Assembly (NCBI GenBank): GCA_973895155.1
Contig: OZ316898.1
Coordinates: 15,530,330-15,594,329, forward strand
Direction: 5' to 3'
Origin: Marsupella aquatica
Lineage: Eukaryota > Plantae > Marchantiophyta
Length of the DNA stretch: 64,000 bases
The first letter of the stretch is position 1. Every line of letters starts with the position of its first letter. Positions 37,601 through 49,653 of this stretch are shown here, in pieces. A model generated the notes under the pieces. It searched no databases. It had not been told where the DNA came from and saw only the letters and a list, made by a program, of their open reading frames with translations. Both the position numbers and the translations under genes were made by a program.

Positions 37601-40600
37601 CTAATCGGAGGACTCTGCCTTAGTACTCTCTGACCTATCGGTAGATTCCGCCTCATCGTCCACAAACTCACTTCTACAAATGTCATCCACAAACCTCCTC
37701 ACTAAAAACTTCCTATCACAACCTCTCCTTAGACGAAGGCCCTTCGTTTCCCAAGACAATGTTCGGCACCTCTCAACTTTTCTGGCCGCCTTCTCTGCGT
37801 ATGATGGAAGAATAAATGGTTTTTCTGGTGTCATCTCCATTGCTTCAACAATCATTTTCCGAAGGTCAAACCTTCTCCGCATATTCCACTCCGACCTGAA
37901 AGTTTTCATAGATATTAAAAATATATACATGTAAAAATATCTTATTGAAAACAATCATGGATTTGGAGCGGGCTTACGAGCATTACTGAGAAGACTCCTC
38001 ATCCTTGGATTCAGATTCTGATCCCAAAGGATTTCTCTTCTCTTCCTTGTCATCTCCAAGATTGACGACGGGAACATCTTCCTCATCAGGTTCTCCAGCA
38101 ACATCCGGCTCGCTTTCTTCAGAATCAAAGTTTAAAATTGATCTAACTCTGTCCAACTTCTCTTTCCCCTTCCTTGAGACTGTCTTGTCCAGAGTCAAAA
38201 TTGACTTTGGCTCCAAAATGTCATCTAGCATCAATCTTGCAGTAGTCACAAACTCTCGCCGCCCTTTGACACCAATAACAAATCTGCCACAATAGTGTCC
38301 CGCCACAAATGAACTTCTCGAACAAGCGGTCCAATCAATGAAAATATCCTCACGACAGGAGATGAGCTCTATGACAGATTGCATAAACCCAACTGTGAGC
38401 CTTCCATTTCCACAGGCCACAAGGTCTGGCATTGGATCAGTCTTTAAAGACGAAAGTCCTATAAGATTTGTAACAGAGGGATCTTCGGAGGGTGACAATG
38501 GACAAAACTTGGGATCTTTGGGGATTGAAGTTTTGCTTGAAACACGGCCGAATATATCCAACCTCAGCGTGAAGATCTGCAAAACAAAATAATAGTGAGG
38601 TCGTGGTAAACAATTTCAACTAGCATAGTCATACATAATATTAGCGCCTGGCGCTGGCCAAAAAGTAATGCAGATAATTCTTACCTGAGTATCAGACTTA
38701 GGTTTGTACATAGGAAACCCCATGACGACTGTATGCGAGGCAATACAGGAAAACTTCTGAGACTGTTGGCATGCAGATATTACTTCCAAAATCTGATCGT
38801 ACTCTCCAGTGTGAAGAATAGCCAGAAGTCCATCGTCAGAAAGGAAAGGGTCCATTGCGCTAAAAAAAGCCAATGGAAGAGAGTGGTCTTGCAAATTCCA
38901 TTTGGGTACTTTTTTGTCTAAAAGAGATGGTCTCAACCCAGTTGGCAAATAGAGAAAGTCAACATCGACACCAAATGCCCTAACTTTACCCCCTCTAATT
39001 ACCCGCTTCGCACGGGATCTCGACTTAACAAGGTTTTTACCCCAGCTCTCAACCCGACCAACCCATGATGGCTTCTCTTCCCGCTTGAACACACTCTCGT
39101 AGAAGTCTGCCAAGGTGGACTCCACAAATGTATGTCTTGATTTATTCCCCTTGAAGTCTCCCACATTCTGTTGTAAACCAATTTGCTGCAAGTGTTTCCC
39201 TCTGAGAACCCGCGGACGTAGAAACACGACGTTTCTTCTTCCTCCTTATGCTGGTTGCATCCATGGGTGGAACACTCACATCCTCAGGCGTTGCCGACCG
39301 ACCCTTCAGGCGGCTCCTCATCCTTCCCGACACTAATTTCACGAGAGGGCTCTGGTGTTGCAATTCCAGCATTACCAAAAACCAACCTCGCGTCTGATTT
39401 TTGAGACCCTGCTAAAACACAAAATTGTGGTTAATAATAGCGTCGGGCGCTAGCCAACATTAAGCTTTGACAACTAGGCAGAAATAGACAAACAAACATA
39501 CGAACTCACTCTTTTGGGTCTCTTTATGAGATCCACTTGGGGTTGTTTCTTGCTTGGCTTTCGCTCTGGGTTTCCGACTCCTTGCAACTTGGACGACTCG
39601 GGTCTCGCAAATTCTTTGTAGCTTTATGGCCGATCGATCTATCTCTTCATTGGTCGCTTGCTTCATCTCCAACAAAATATTCCTTGGAACTATATTCTTT
39701 GATAACTTCTAGAAAGCATCTTTCTCCGTATCATCAAATGGGGAACTCCACTTGTCTGTGTCAAGATACCATGGACAATGCAAAACCTCCCAGTTTGTTG
39801 TCTTTCTTGGGGGAAACTTCCCTTTGGCTGGGTACATCGAGTACCCAAGAAATTCCCCAGACGCTTCAGACCTCAAAATTACAACGGCCCACTTTTGGAA
39901 GGCACCAGGATAGGCCCAAAAATAGGAAGGCTCACTCCTCTCCATTTTCATGTACTATCGATACAAATATCTCTTTGCTCTCTTGCGGTTGACATCACTC
40001 AAATCCTCCTTATCAGCGTACTTGGATTCCCAAATGTTGTTGAAGAACTTTGCCCTTATGGAATCACCGTACTTTCTAAAATCCTCTAAAATCACTTCCC
40101 TCAACTTCTCAAATGTCATGACCTCTCCGACCAGTGTTGAAAGACGCTGTTCTGTACACAAAGCCATAACTTCGTTCAAAGATGCATCTAAGAGAGCAGT
40201 GGCTATCCCCTCAATTGTATTCCAAACATGCCAGGTGTGACACCGCTGCTTGACGGGGTCATCAAAAATGCCAAAGGGATGAAAAAACTGTTTCCGTAAG
40301 TCGGGAGTACAATGAGCAATGAGAAGCGTACTTTGCAGCTTTGGATCTAATGCCAAATTGGCAGTGAACAAGCAAGCTCTATCCATCGTGTAGAATACGG
40401 CGTCAGGGACCTTCTCGCATTTCAGCCGATCAGTAAGACTATACATTTTGGCACAAGTGTCCATGAAATCTTCAAACTCTGGGCTCAGCAAGGAAGTGAG
40501 CTTCGGATTTTCACGGTCCACTCCTTAGTTGCTTCCTTCATCATCTGATTGTGATGAAGACTGGTCTCTTCAACAGACCACGGTGCACCGGAATTGGTCG

Positions 40601-41552
40601 CCTGGTCTTCATCACCTGCAACTGTTGCGAGTAGGACTTGATCTTATTCTCACATAGGATATAGACCAAGGCCTCCATTGGCATCTTCTTAGTAAACCAA
40701 GAACCTTTTTGGGTCCCTTTCCGAGTCTTCTCAAATTTGGTGTAATTCGCTTTGTCTATGATGGGTTTATAATATTCAAGATCATGTGCCAAAATCCTCC
40801 TGATTCTGTCCGCGTCCAAAATCCAAGAGGACTTTACAACTGCTTGCCCCGTCCTGTGAAATTCATCATTTTAGAAATAGCGCCTGGCGCTAACATAGAC
40901 CCTTAAACCAGAAATAACATAGAATTCACAGACAGAAACCAACAAATTTGAGAGTTTCAATCACTGGTGAGAGACAACTCACTGGTTCACAATGTGCATC
41001 GCTGCTTCAATCTCGATGATAGATTCCTTGTCCCCCTTGAAGATTGTGCATTGCACTTGAGGATGATACTTTGGATTCTCTGGACTCTCACTAGTAACTT
41101 GTGTCCACAAAAATAGTCGATGATTCCCATCAAAAACTGAGAACATTTTGTCCTTGAGGACCAAGAAAGCGGGGTCTGCTTCACATTCGGCTTCAAACAA
41201 TTGGTTCTCCGCAACCCAAATTGGATCCCAGGCGCTCCAAATTTCTTCTGTACACAATTGTGGAGCACCTTAATTTGGCGTTGGAAGGTTGGACAAAAAA
41301 CCGCATGCCTATGGACAAATTGTACCCAGATGTTCTGAAGGAGGCCTTCAGCTTCTTGATTGATTGACTATTCCTCTGAAGAGTGTGGACGACCTCCATA
41401 TGAACGAGACGGCATAACGGAATACGCGGTGGCTCCTTTGGTAATCCATTCGCATCAACGCCGAACGACATGACATGCTTTTGTATCACATCGACCACTG
41501 ATTTCTCAATATCTTTGGCGTTCTGGACAGCAAACTCACCGACCTACTCCAT
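37601..41552 (-). pseudogene. ParB/Srx-like domain plus beta-class N6A/N4C DNA-methyltransferase-like fusion gene, 5 exons (41552-40983, 40853-39510, 39408-38685, 38576-37987, 37895-37601), disrupted
   Basis: N-term RIPLCRLVHMEVV..KKLKASF..GY...MFSVFDGNHRL (ParB DGxHR box). C-term DVDFLYLPTG (motif IV position), FLSDDGLLAI (LKPGG-like), FMQSVIELISCREDIFIDWTACSRSSFVAGHYCGRFVIGVKG (motif X-I-II pattern). Four GT-AG introns; phase consistency checked for introns 1, 3 and 4. Confidence 0.72.
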
Positions 41553-43567
41553 TTTTTCTCGCCTTGGTTTTGGACACGGAAGCTCTACCTGATTGAGGGG
41601 ATACTGCGCAGTGGAACAAGTTATCCTTCGAATCGAAACACAACTAGAATACAATGACTCTGAAGACTGAGAATGGTTTGGTGACCCAGATCCCATTTTG
41701 TTATACTCTCCCACCCACCGTGTTGCAATGTACTCCCGTTCAAGTTGGAATCATACGGGAGTTCAGTCAGGAATTCGTGTGGGAGTTTGGAGACACTTAC
41801 TCGTGTGGAGTTCATGTATGTTTGCCCGCAACGATACCAATGCAATTGAGGCAAATCTTTCACACCTCAAACAACTCTGGAAAGCCCAAAGTACCTTCAA
41901 TGTACGGTCGTTGGAAATATTTGCGATGGCGTACTCAACCGAAAGGGGTATCTAAGGTCTGGAGGACCGTTAAACGAATAAGTGTTTAGAGGTTAAACTC
42001 AACAAACACCTGGAGAAGATTGGACCGTTGATTAAGTCTCAGATTGATTGACCAGGGTTCAGCGGAGGTGTATCAAGGTATCCGTTGAAGTTACCGTTAC
42101 TAAACCCAAGGATACGAATGGATCCAACCAGCGAAAGAGCCCCATATATCCGTTCAAGTTACCATTGAATCATGGGTCTTCCATAAATAGCGCCCGATGC
42201 TAGCATTAGGGGTTATCTTTATGAGTACATTGTCGTCTCCAATACATCATATAGATCAAAATATTTTCCCATATGAATCAAAGTTTGGCACGATTACTTT
42301 ACTAGCGCCCGGCGCTAGCGAAAGATCCCAATACATACGTTCAAGTTACCGTTTCATAATGGGTCTACAATAGATAGCGCCCGGCGCTAGCATTGGGGGT
42401 TATCTTTATGTGAACAATGTTGTATCTACTAGGTCCAATTGAATCACATTTGACACTCTTAGTTTATTAGCGCTAGGTGCTAGCCAAATATCCCCACCTG
42501 GCCTCATTCACAATTGGGTGTACCTCGCAGGAACCACTTTCAGGACTCAAAAACATGCTTTTTTAGTGAAAAATGACTTTCGTAACATGGAAAAAGGTTC
42601 ATCATGATTTTATCTCAAGACATTTAAGTCTAATTTTTTCACAATACTAGTTTACATGGTGTAACCTACCTCACCATGTAGATACATCAAGTTTTCAACT
42701 GTTTTAAGGGATCCTATTATTGATGGCCCTAAATAAGCCAAAATTACTGATTATTTTTGTCCTGTACATAAAGTTTTAGTGGGTGTCACTATTTAAGTTT
42801 TGAAATATAAGATTATGCTATTAGTATGCATGCTTTGGTAAAATATTATTGTCTAAAATGCATTTTTTAGAGTCCTTTTGAGTCCTGAAATGATGTGACC
42901 CGTTGCGTGACAAGTCCTTTTATCAATCTTTGAAGGACATATAAGGAGAGCTTCAAAGTCTCAAATGCTAGATAGTTTAATGAATGTTACCAACCTATAG
43001 GATGTTTATTAAGTATAGTACATCAAATTTTCTATATCATCTCATTACACCCTAAAAATGATATCCTAAAGCATAATAAACTATGGTCACTTTTGAGTGT
43101 GACGTTCCTTTTGGGTCCTCCAATTGTGAATGAGGCCACCTATATCCGTTGAAGTTACCGTTAAATAACGGGTCTTGATTAGATAGCGCCTGGCGCTAGC
43201 ATTGGGGTTTATCTTCATATTTGAGTCACACTTTGCCACTCGTACTTTGCTAGCACCAGGCGCTAGCAAAAGAGTCCTCTCAAACAAACTCTCAATTGTT
43301 TCATTACAAACAGAAACATTAGAGACATTGGATAGCGCCAGGCGCTACCATTCTAAATTTCATTGATTTGATATGAATATATGTGTAGAAGATCTATTTT
43401 AGAGAGAATTATTTTCACTTATGATACAATATCTCATAGACGGTCAATTTGTAATGCCGTTAGAAAACGACAAACATTCATTGATGACCGGCAATTTATC
43501 GTACTTTCAATGGTTCTATTCATCACAAATGAATTGTCTGGAACCAAAATTCAGGAAATCATTCTCG

Positions 43568-46500
43568 ATGGATTTGCTAATTGTAATCTCTCGCTCTCCG
43601 CCTGGAGACCTAGTGTCAATCCCTCTCCCAAGTCCTAAGCAACATGATCATATTTCCGAGGAATTTCTTGCCACCAGGTTTGGAATCCTTGGTGTGAGTA
43701 TACGCAAAATTGTGATCTCAGAATCAGATGTGGTTGTTGACGCTCATGTCACTGGAGCAGTTTGACATTGGAGATTGTGCGGTGGTGTGAGGTACGACAT
43801 TGTTAGTTTAGAGAAATCTGAGGTACCATCCTTGTCGTCAAAGGATATGATGAAAGTAGATTTGATTGACCTTTCAGATAGTAGTGATGATCAAGACATT
43901 TCAAAGATTCCTGTTCCTCAAAACAATGTGAAATTGGAGGCAGTGGATGTGTTGACTAAGGGTACTACCAATTTGATTGTCTACCGGAGGAGTGCGCTTG
44001 ATACGATTCTGCAATCAAAAGGCCAGAGTGAGATCTCTAGATTCATGCGAAGGAATGATTACAGATTTGAGCAAGTATCAAGCTTGCCAGGCATGTACAA
44101 TGGGAATGTTGTTTTTGAATTGCCTCGTGTTGTTGGAGTTTGTTCAAAAGGTGAACATCTTTGAGACATGGATCGGGGAAAAGACTGTTACTATTGGACT
44201 TGGATTGTCACAACTTCCGCAAATGTTGTCCCCAAAAAGATGTGGGATTTTGGGAAAGTGTTTTGCACCGGTTCTCTAGAATGTCGTAACAATTCATGTG
44301 AGTTCTGGGTCGAACATGAAAGGAGGAATGCACGGTTTTGGGGGAAAATTCCAAAGCTTTCCGGTCCGCATGTGGTCGGGCAACTCATTCCTTAAGGCGG
44401 GATTGTTTGTCATTACTGTTTGGAGCATCCATTTTGCGTTGAATCATGTCCAGCCATGATGTTCTACATGTACGCATCTTCCAAAGTTGAAGCGGAATCC
44501 GCTAAGCATATGTCATGTCTTGCTATTCACATGGGATTTCATAATCATCCTAGCAAGCAAGTGTTTTCCAGAGAGGTTGAAAAGGTGGCAAAGATACACT
44601 TGGAGAAAGGTTTGAGTTTGAATCCGCATGCAACTGCTTTGGGTATGAGAACATAGTCACCGGATCTCTTTTTAAAGCGATGTGTGAGTCATCCGTGAAG
44701 GATATGATCCCGATAGAAGAGACAAAGATTTTTGAATCTCTTTAGGTGATCTCAACCCCTCAAAAACTTGTGAATCTTCTCAGAAGTATTCGTCAAGACC
44801 AGAAAGGAAGAGGGGAGCTGGAATTTCTGGTTAGCATGCAAAAGAACATTTCCTTCCCTTTTCTTCAAAGGTTCTTGTTGCCCAGGCAAGGATGCCGAGA
44901 TGAAAGTGCGCACATTTTCAAAATGTCCATTAAGGGTGAAGGCTCTGGTCTGGATCTTCTTTGAAGGATGACCCCCGGAGGGCCTCTTGAGGGTGCTTGG
45001 GTAATTTTTGATGTGATGCATCGAATGACTAAGGATTGGCTTACGTTCAGTGTCCATGTTTATGACCATAACTATCGTGCACTTTGCACGATATTCACTT
45101 GCAAGTTGCTGGCAGAAGATACAAAATCACTTGAGAGGGCTTGGCGTCTAATGTTGGAGGTAGCGGCTGAGAATGGTCTTGAGAATGTACACGTTCATGG
45201 TTTCCTGGCGGACAATGCTCAAGCAGGTTGGAATGCTGCCAGGAATGTGTTCTTTGGGAGAATACCAAATCCTAAAAGTGAACGATCAGATGCATTTCAT
45301 TTCTTCCAGTCGTTTCGGAGATACTCAATCGAAGGCATTCATGAGGGAAAGCAGGGTGAACATCGTGCCCTTTGGGATAGGTTGCGGAATGCAAAATTGT
45401 TTATTGAGGCATATCGTATTTTGAGAGAAATTGATGCGTGGTGGGGGGCTGGTAATTGTTACCCTGGGAAATTACGAATGTTGCAAGGTTGGATATCTTG
45501 GTGGGTGGTCCGATGGCGCCAATGGGGGAACTTTATCAGATTGGTGAGTTTTCTAAACACTTGTTGGTTAGCGCCTGGCGCTACTCATACTGGTTCTACT
45601 CTTACGCCTTTAGTAGTATTGAGGGTCTCTAGGCTAGCGCCTGGCGCTACTCAAAAAGGTAATACTTGATATCCTGTACTAGCATTATGGGTTCTATTTG
45701 CTATTTCTTGGAGCTATTGAACTCTCTAAACTTGTTGCCTGCTTTCTCTAGAGCAAGAGTGCAGAAGAAGCAGCGATGATTCCAAATTGTGATGGATCCG
45801 AGTTGTCTCACGCGTCCATGATTGCTTGGCAAACCAAGAAGAAGGTTGGCATCTTTGAAGGCTGTGAAATAAATCAGAACAGGGCGATATCTCAAATTGC
45901 CGCATATACGGCTTACAAAAGAGGAATGAACAGAGGGAATGGGAATGGTCCAATTGTGTTTGAGTTGGCTTTCCGATCTGCTGATCTAGCGGGGTCCCCA
46001 CGGTTGTTTGAAGAGGCTTCAAACCTTTTCCTTTCCCATGCGGCTGAATTCGATTTGGAAAGGAGTTCACCTTTGAACAGGGATGTAGTTACACGATCAG
46101 TAAAGAGGAAGGGCCATGCTACTGGAAACGTCTCCGCTCAAGACTCCCACAGGCACGATATTGTCCTCATTACAACTCCAAACACCCAAGGTTTCAAGCA
46201 AAGAAATCTAAATAGAACTGAATTTTTGCCCATTCAATCTGAACCTCTAGTCCAAGAGGATGAAGTCGTCAATCTTATAGAGAGCAATTGTTCCAATAGT
46301 CTTAACGAGCGGACGCCTCCTCCTCCAATGCAAACGAGGTCATCTGTGACTCCAATTACTCCCCCAGTATATGTTGTTCAAGAAGAAACCCTGCCTGTGT
46401 TAGAGGCCAATGTTTCTTCTGGATCCTGGCATATTCGTCAAACTTTGAAGCATGGGGCCGGACCTGTTTGCAATGGATCCCTTGGCGGACAAGGAGATCG

Positions 46501-47263
46501 TGATGAATATCAAAATCGATTAAAGAAGATAGGTTACCGGATGGCAAGTGGAGTTGTTGGTATTGGAGTTCGAGCAGCGCGGCTTTTCAAAGGGGAACCA
46601 CATCCAGAACTGATCTGGTTCTGTCCAAATAATATTTGTTACAAAAGTCGTCCTCAAAAAGGTGTGGTGAACGTTCCTCCCCCTGTCGATCACCTACCTG
46701 TTGCATTGAGTACAAATCTTTCCGCAGCGGAGGTCGAGTTTCTGAAGGAGAATGGAATATCAGTCAGCGGTGTAGGTCATGGTGTAGAAAATGCACCAAT
46801 TGGACTTGATCTCCGCATTGATGTCAATGCTTTTCCTGAAAGGATAAATCTAGTTGAGCCGACAATTTGTTGTTTATCTCAAAACGGAAGGACGTGCTTA
46901 CAGAGAGTGCATCTAACTAAGTCGCACTATAAGAAGATTGAAGCAATTGAGAAAGAGGAGATGAGAGTAATATGTTCCAGAGATGTTGCAACAGGAAATG
47001 GATGGGGCAAACAATTTTGTGTCCAATCACACATCAATCACCACTCTGTGATTGCCTATTGGGTTCAGATTTGCTGCTTCCTGTGCTGTTCTTGTGAAGA
47101 TTTTTACCGTCGTCATGCCCACAGAAAACCTTTCATGCCTTGCAAACATCTGTACTGGATTTATAAAAATGTTCTCAAGCTGGACCTACGAGAATCCACA
47201 TTGTCAAGTCATCCAATACTCACCGTTGGAGAAGTACGTCTCTTGTTGGAACGGGAAATTTGA
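43568..47263 (+). pseudogene. Mutator-like transposase: GCM/WRKY-like Zn DNA-binding domain, MULE DDE core and C-terminal SWIM finger; exons 43568-45543 and 45752-47263
   Basis: FCTGSLEC.NNSC...CHYC....C...CPA..Y...IHMGFHNHP; WVIFDVMH (D1), GFLADNAQAGWNAARNVF (D2), DAFHFFQS (CxxH position), GSELSH (E); CSCEDF...CKHLYW; phase-0 intron 45544-45751; several premature stops. Confidence 0.85.
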
Positions 47264-47899
47264 GTGGAAACCGTTGGCTATTGTGTGGTTTACGTTCAAC
47301 CGTGCTTTCCTTTCTTTGTCGTTATCCAACAGCATTATCAGATAGACATTTTTTTGAATGAGTACGTTACATATTTTTAATGTAGAGTGTCATCATAGGT
47401 AGCGCCTGGCGCTAGTATTATTGACATATTGATTCATTAATTGTCTAACGAAGGTTTTACACTACCTTGTTTTTATTAGAGTTGGTTTTCCAATCACGGT
47501 CGTTATACCCCACCAGGAGGTTTTTTGGGAATCAGTACATTATATGTTTTTAGTTTCTTAAAATAGAGTGTCATCAATGGTAGCGCCTGGCGCTAGTATT
47601 ATTGACAGTCGATTCAGATCGTGTACTTTTGAGGTTTGGACAATGCCTTGTTTTTATTAAAGTTGGGTTTTGAACGCCGTGATAAGTACTGTGAGTCACT
47701 GGAAACATAAAATTGAATGGAGTTTTGGGAAGGATTTTTTGTTTGTTTTGATGGTGACTGTAAATAGGAAGTAAATTCGAAGCAGGTATTTCCTGATGTG
47801 AGTAAAAACTTTGCTCATAACAGTTATATTTTCCTGATATGAGGAAAGTTTTTGCTCGTAACAGTAAAAAAAACTCATGTTTCCTGGCACAGTGTAAAT

Positions 47900-48089
47900 C
47901 CTTGAGTGGACGATAGCTCGATGGAAGATAGATAGTAGCCCGCCCAAGGGCACCCATTGTATTGATAACAAGATTCCAGGAAGTAAAGTGTTTAAGTTTG
48001 GGCCCCAAATTGTGTATGTCACTCATCTGGATCGTAGCCATAAACAGTTCGTTTTCCCGAGGTGACCCTTGCATTCAGTCCACGCGACA
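47900..48089 (+). repeat. Gypsy 3' LTR remnant (3' ~190 bp only)
   Basis: Aligns by eye to 33590-33813 with a ~35-bp deletion; ends CACGCGACA. Confidence 0.85.
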
Positions 48090-48895
48090 CCGTCAGCCAG
48101 AATACTTGTATCAAAGCAATCAGATCTTCATGAATGAAGTCCCAACATGCTTTATATATTTCAGCGGTCATCCCATCCAGACCTGGTGTCTTGTCTGATG
48201 ACAGCATCCATAGAGTCTCCTTGATTTCTTTGTAGTTTGGGAGCTTTTCCATCTGTGTTAAGTCTACAGTCAATAGAGTGTGTTTGGTGTGCGCTAGCAA
48301 TGCTCTGCAAGCACGCAACATCTCCCCGCGTTCAGCCATAGTTGGGGCAGCATGGGCATAAAGCTGCTTACAGTGTTGGACTACTTCTTGTAGAATCAGC
48401 CTAGGGTTTGTGATCTCAATCCCCCCATCGATAATCAGAGATTTCATTGCTTCTCTGCTGCGCTTTGCTTTCACTGTTGCAAAGTAAAATTTGGTCGGCT
48501 CATCACCTTCTCCTAACCACTTTATTCTTGCTAGACGCCTCCCAATGTGCGCCTCTTCCAATTCAGCCGCGTGTAGCTGGTCCTCAGTCCATCTCTCCCC
48601 GTAGAGTCAATTGCTCTACGCACCAATGTTTCCACCATGACCTCTTCCATCTCCATATCCGGTCCTGCTTCTCTTTGCACCTCATTAGGCCTTTTGTCCA
48701 CTAGATTCCTTGCCTTCCTCGGGTCCAAGTTTTTGTTTATTTCTTCCAGCTCCATGCTCTCTCCTGCGCTAGACACAACCATCGGTAAGAATTGGAGCGA
48801 GCGTTGTTTTTTGGCCTCTTGGAGCCCCCTATCTTTCTTAGCCGATGGCGGAGTTTTGCTATCTATCTTGCGTGCTCTTTCCTTTCCTTTTCGAG
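48090..48895 (-). mobile_element. LINE A upstream fragment (ORF2 linker; the part above ~48590 is uncertain)
   Basis: RRLARIKWLGEGDEPTKFYF, SDKTPGLDGMTAE..CWDF; in frame with 28486 after removing the Gypsy element. Confidence 0.8.
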
Positions 48896-49653
48896 CACTA
48901 CAACACAAATGGGGTCTTTTGTGAAGCTATCGCCTTCTCAGTCAACAAAGAAACATGGGATATATTTCTGAACAATGCGAAGCAATCCGCATCGCAATGT
49001 CTTTGCAAAATGCGAAGCTAAAGACTTTGCTTCCGTACTTTCGCAATGATTTCGCAATGTGCGAAATTAAGTTTATCGCACATTTGCAATCCAATGTGAT
49101 TACACATTCTTGGAAATATTGCAAAATAAAACAAATTTCAAACGCTTCACACATTTGCAACCTCGCAAGGATTGCAACCTCATTGCAACGTGGTTGGCAT
49201 CCGTTTGTGTTGCGATTCATATTGTTTCACAAATAGTTTGCGAAGGTTGAATATTGACAAAACTTAGATGGTTTATGCTTTGCATATTTGAGACACATCC
49301 GTCATGGCAAGTTTACCATTCGGAGAGAATGGCAATGTTGAGAAGCATTTTGAATGGCAATATTGCGATTTTGTGAGGATTGGTCATTTTCAATGACTTT
49401 AATTTCTTAAGTGTTTTGCAAATGCTTCACGCTTGAGATTTAGGGTTTAATTAATGGTTATTAGGACACATTGGAGATAGGGTATACCTAGAAATATGTA
49501 TAATGAAGAGGAAATATGCCTGGAGGTACAAAAATTAGGGTTTGAAAGAACCCCACCTATATATAGATAGGGTGGTGCACATATGCATAACTACAGCTAA
49601 CAAGCATAGCATACCCATATGCAGCTCTAGAAGGCTACCTCCACCAACAACAT

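Larger units (their letters stand above)
36580..47595. repeat. Dispersed 15-bp palindrome TAGCGCCNGGCGCTA, 17 copies in MULE copy 1
   Basis: Starts at 36580, 36862, 36900, 38642, 39438, 40878, 42188, 42303, 42375, 42468, 43184, 43251, 43333, 45569, 45635, 47400, 47581 (0-3 mismatches). Confidence 0.92.
36040..47899. mobile_element. Mutator-like (MULE) element copy 1 with divergent transposase and ParB-methyltransferase-like genes; boundaries approximate
   Basis: Lies between truncated gag and the 3' LTR remnant; MULE transposase; 17 copies of a private palindrome; no TIR pair or TSD found. Confidence 0.75.
28487..48089 (+). mobile_element. Ty3/Gypsy LTR retrotransposon (non-chromoviral-like), pol deleted, heavily nested
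   Basis: Termini TGTCG...CGACA; 4-bp TSD CCGT (28483-28486 / 48090-48093), whose removal restores LINE A FWLT|GELV; 5' LTR end 33590-33813 matches 3' LTR remnant 47900-48089; PBS and gag follow the 5' LTR. Confidence 0.88.

Noticed and set aside
41617-41990. Small plus-strand ORF conserved with 57800-58080 (EWFGDPDPIL)
   Set aside because: Frames break differently in the two copies, and the similarity is explained by nucleotide homology of the spacer; cannot support coding.
36580-47595. Palindromes as a CRISPR array or REP/MITE copies
   Set aside because: Irregular spacing (tens of bp to kb), intronic positions, and no TSDs around individual copies.
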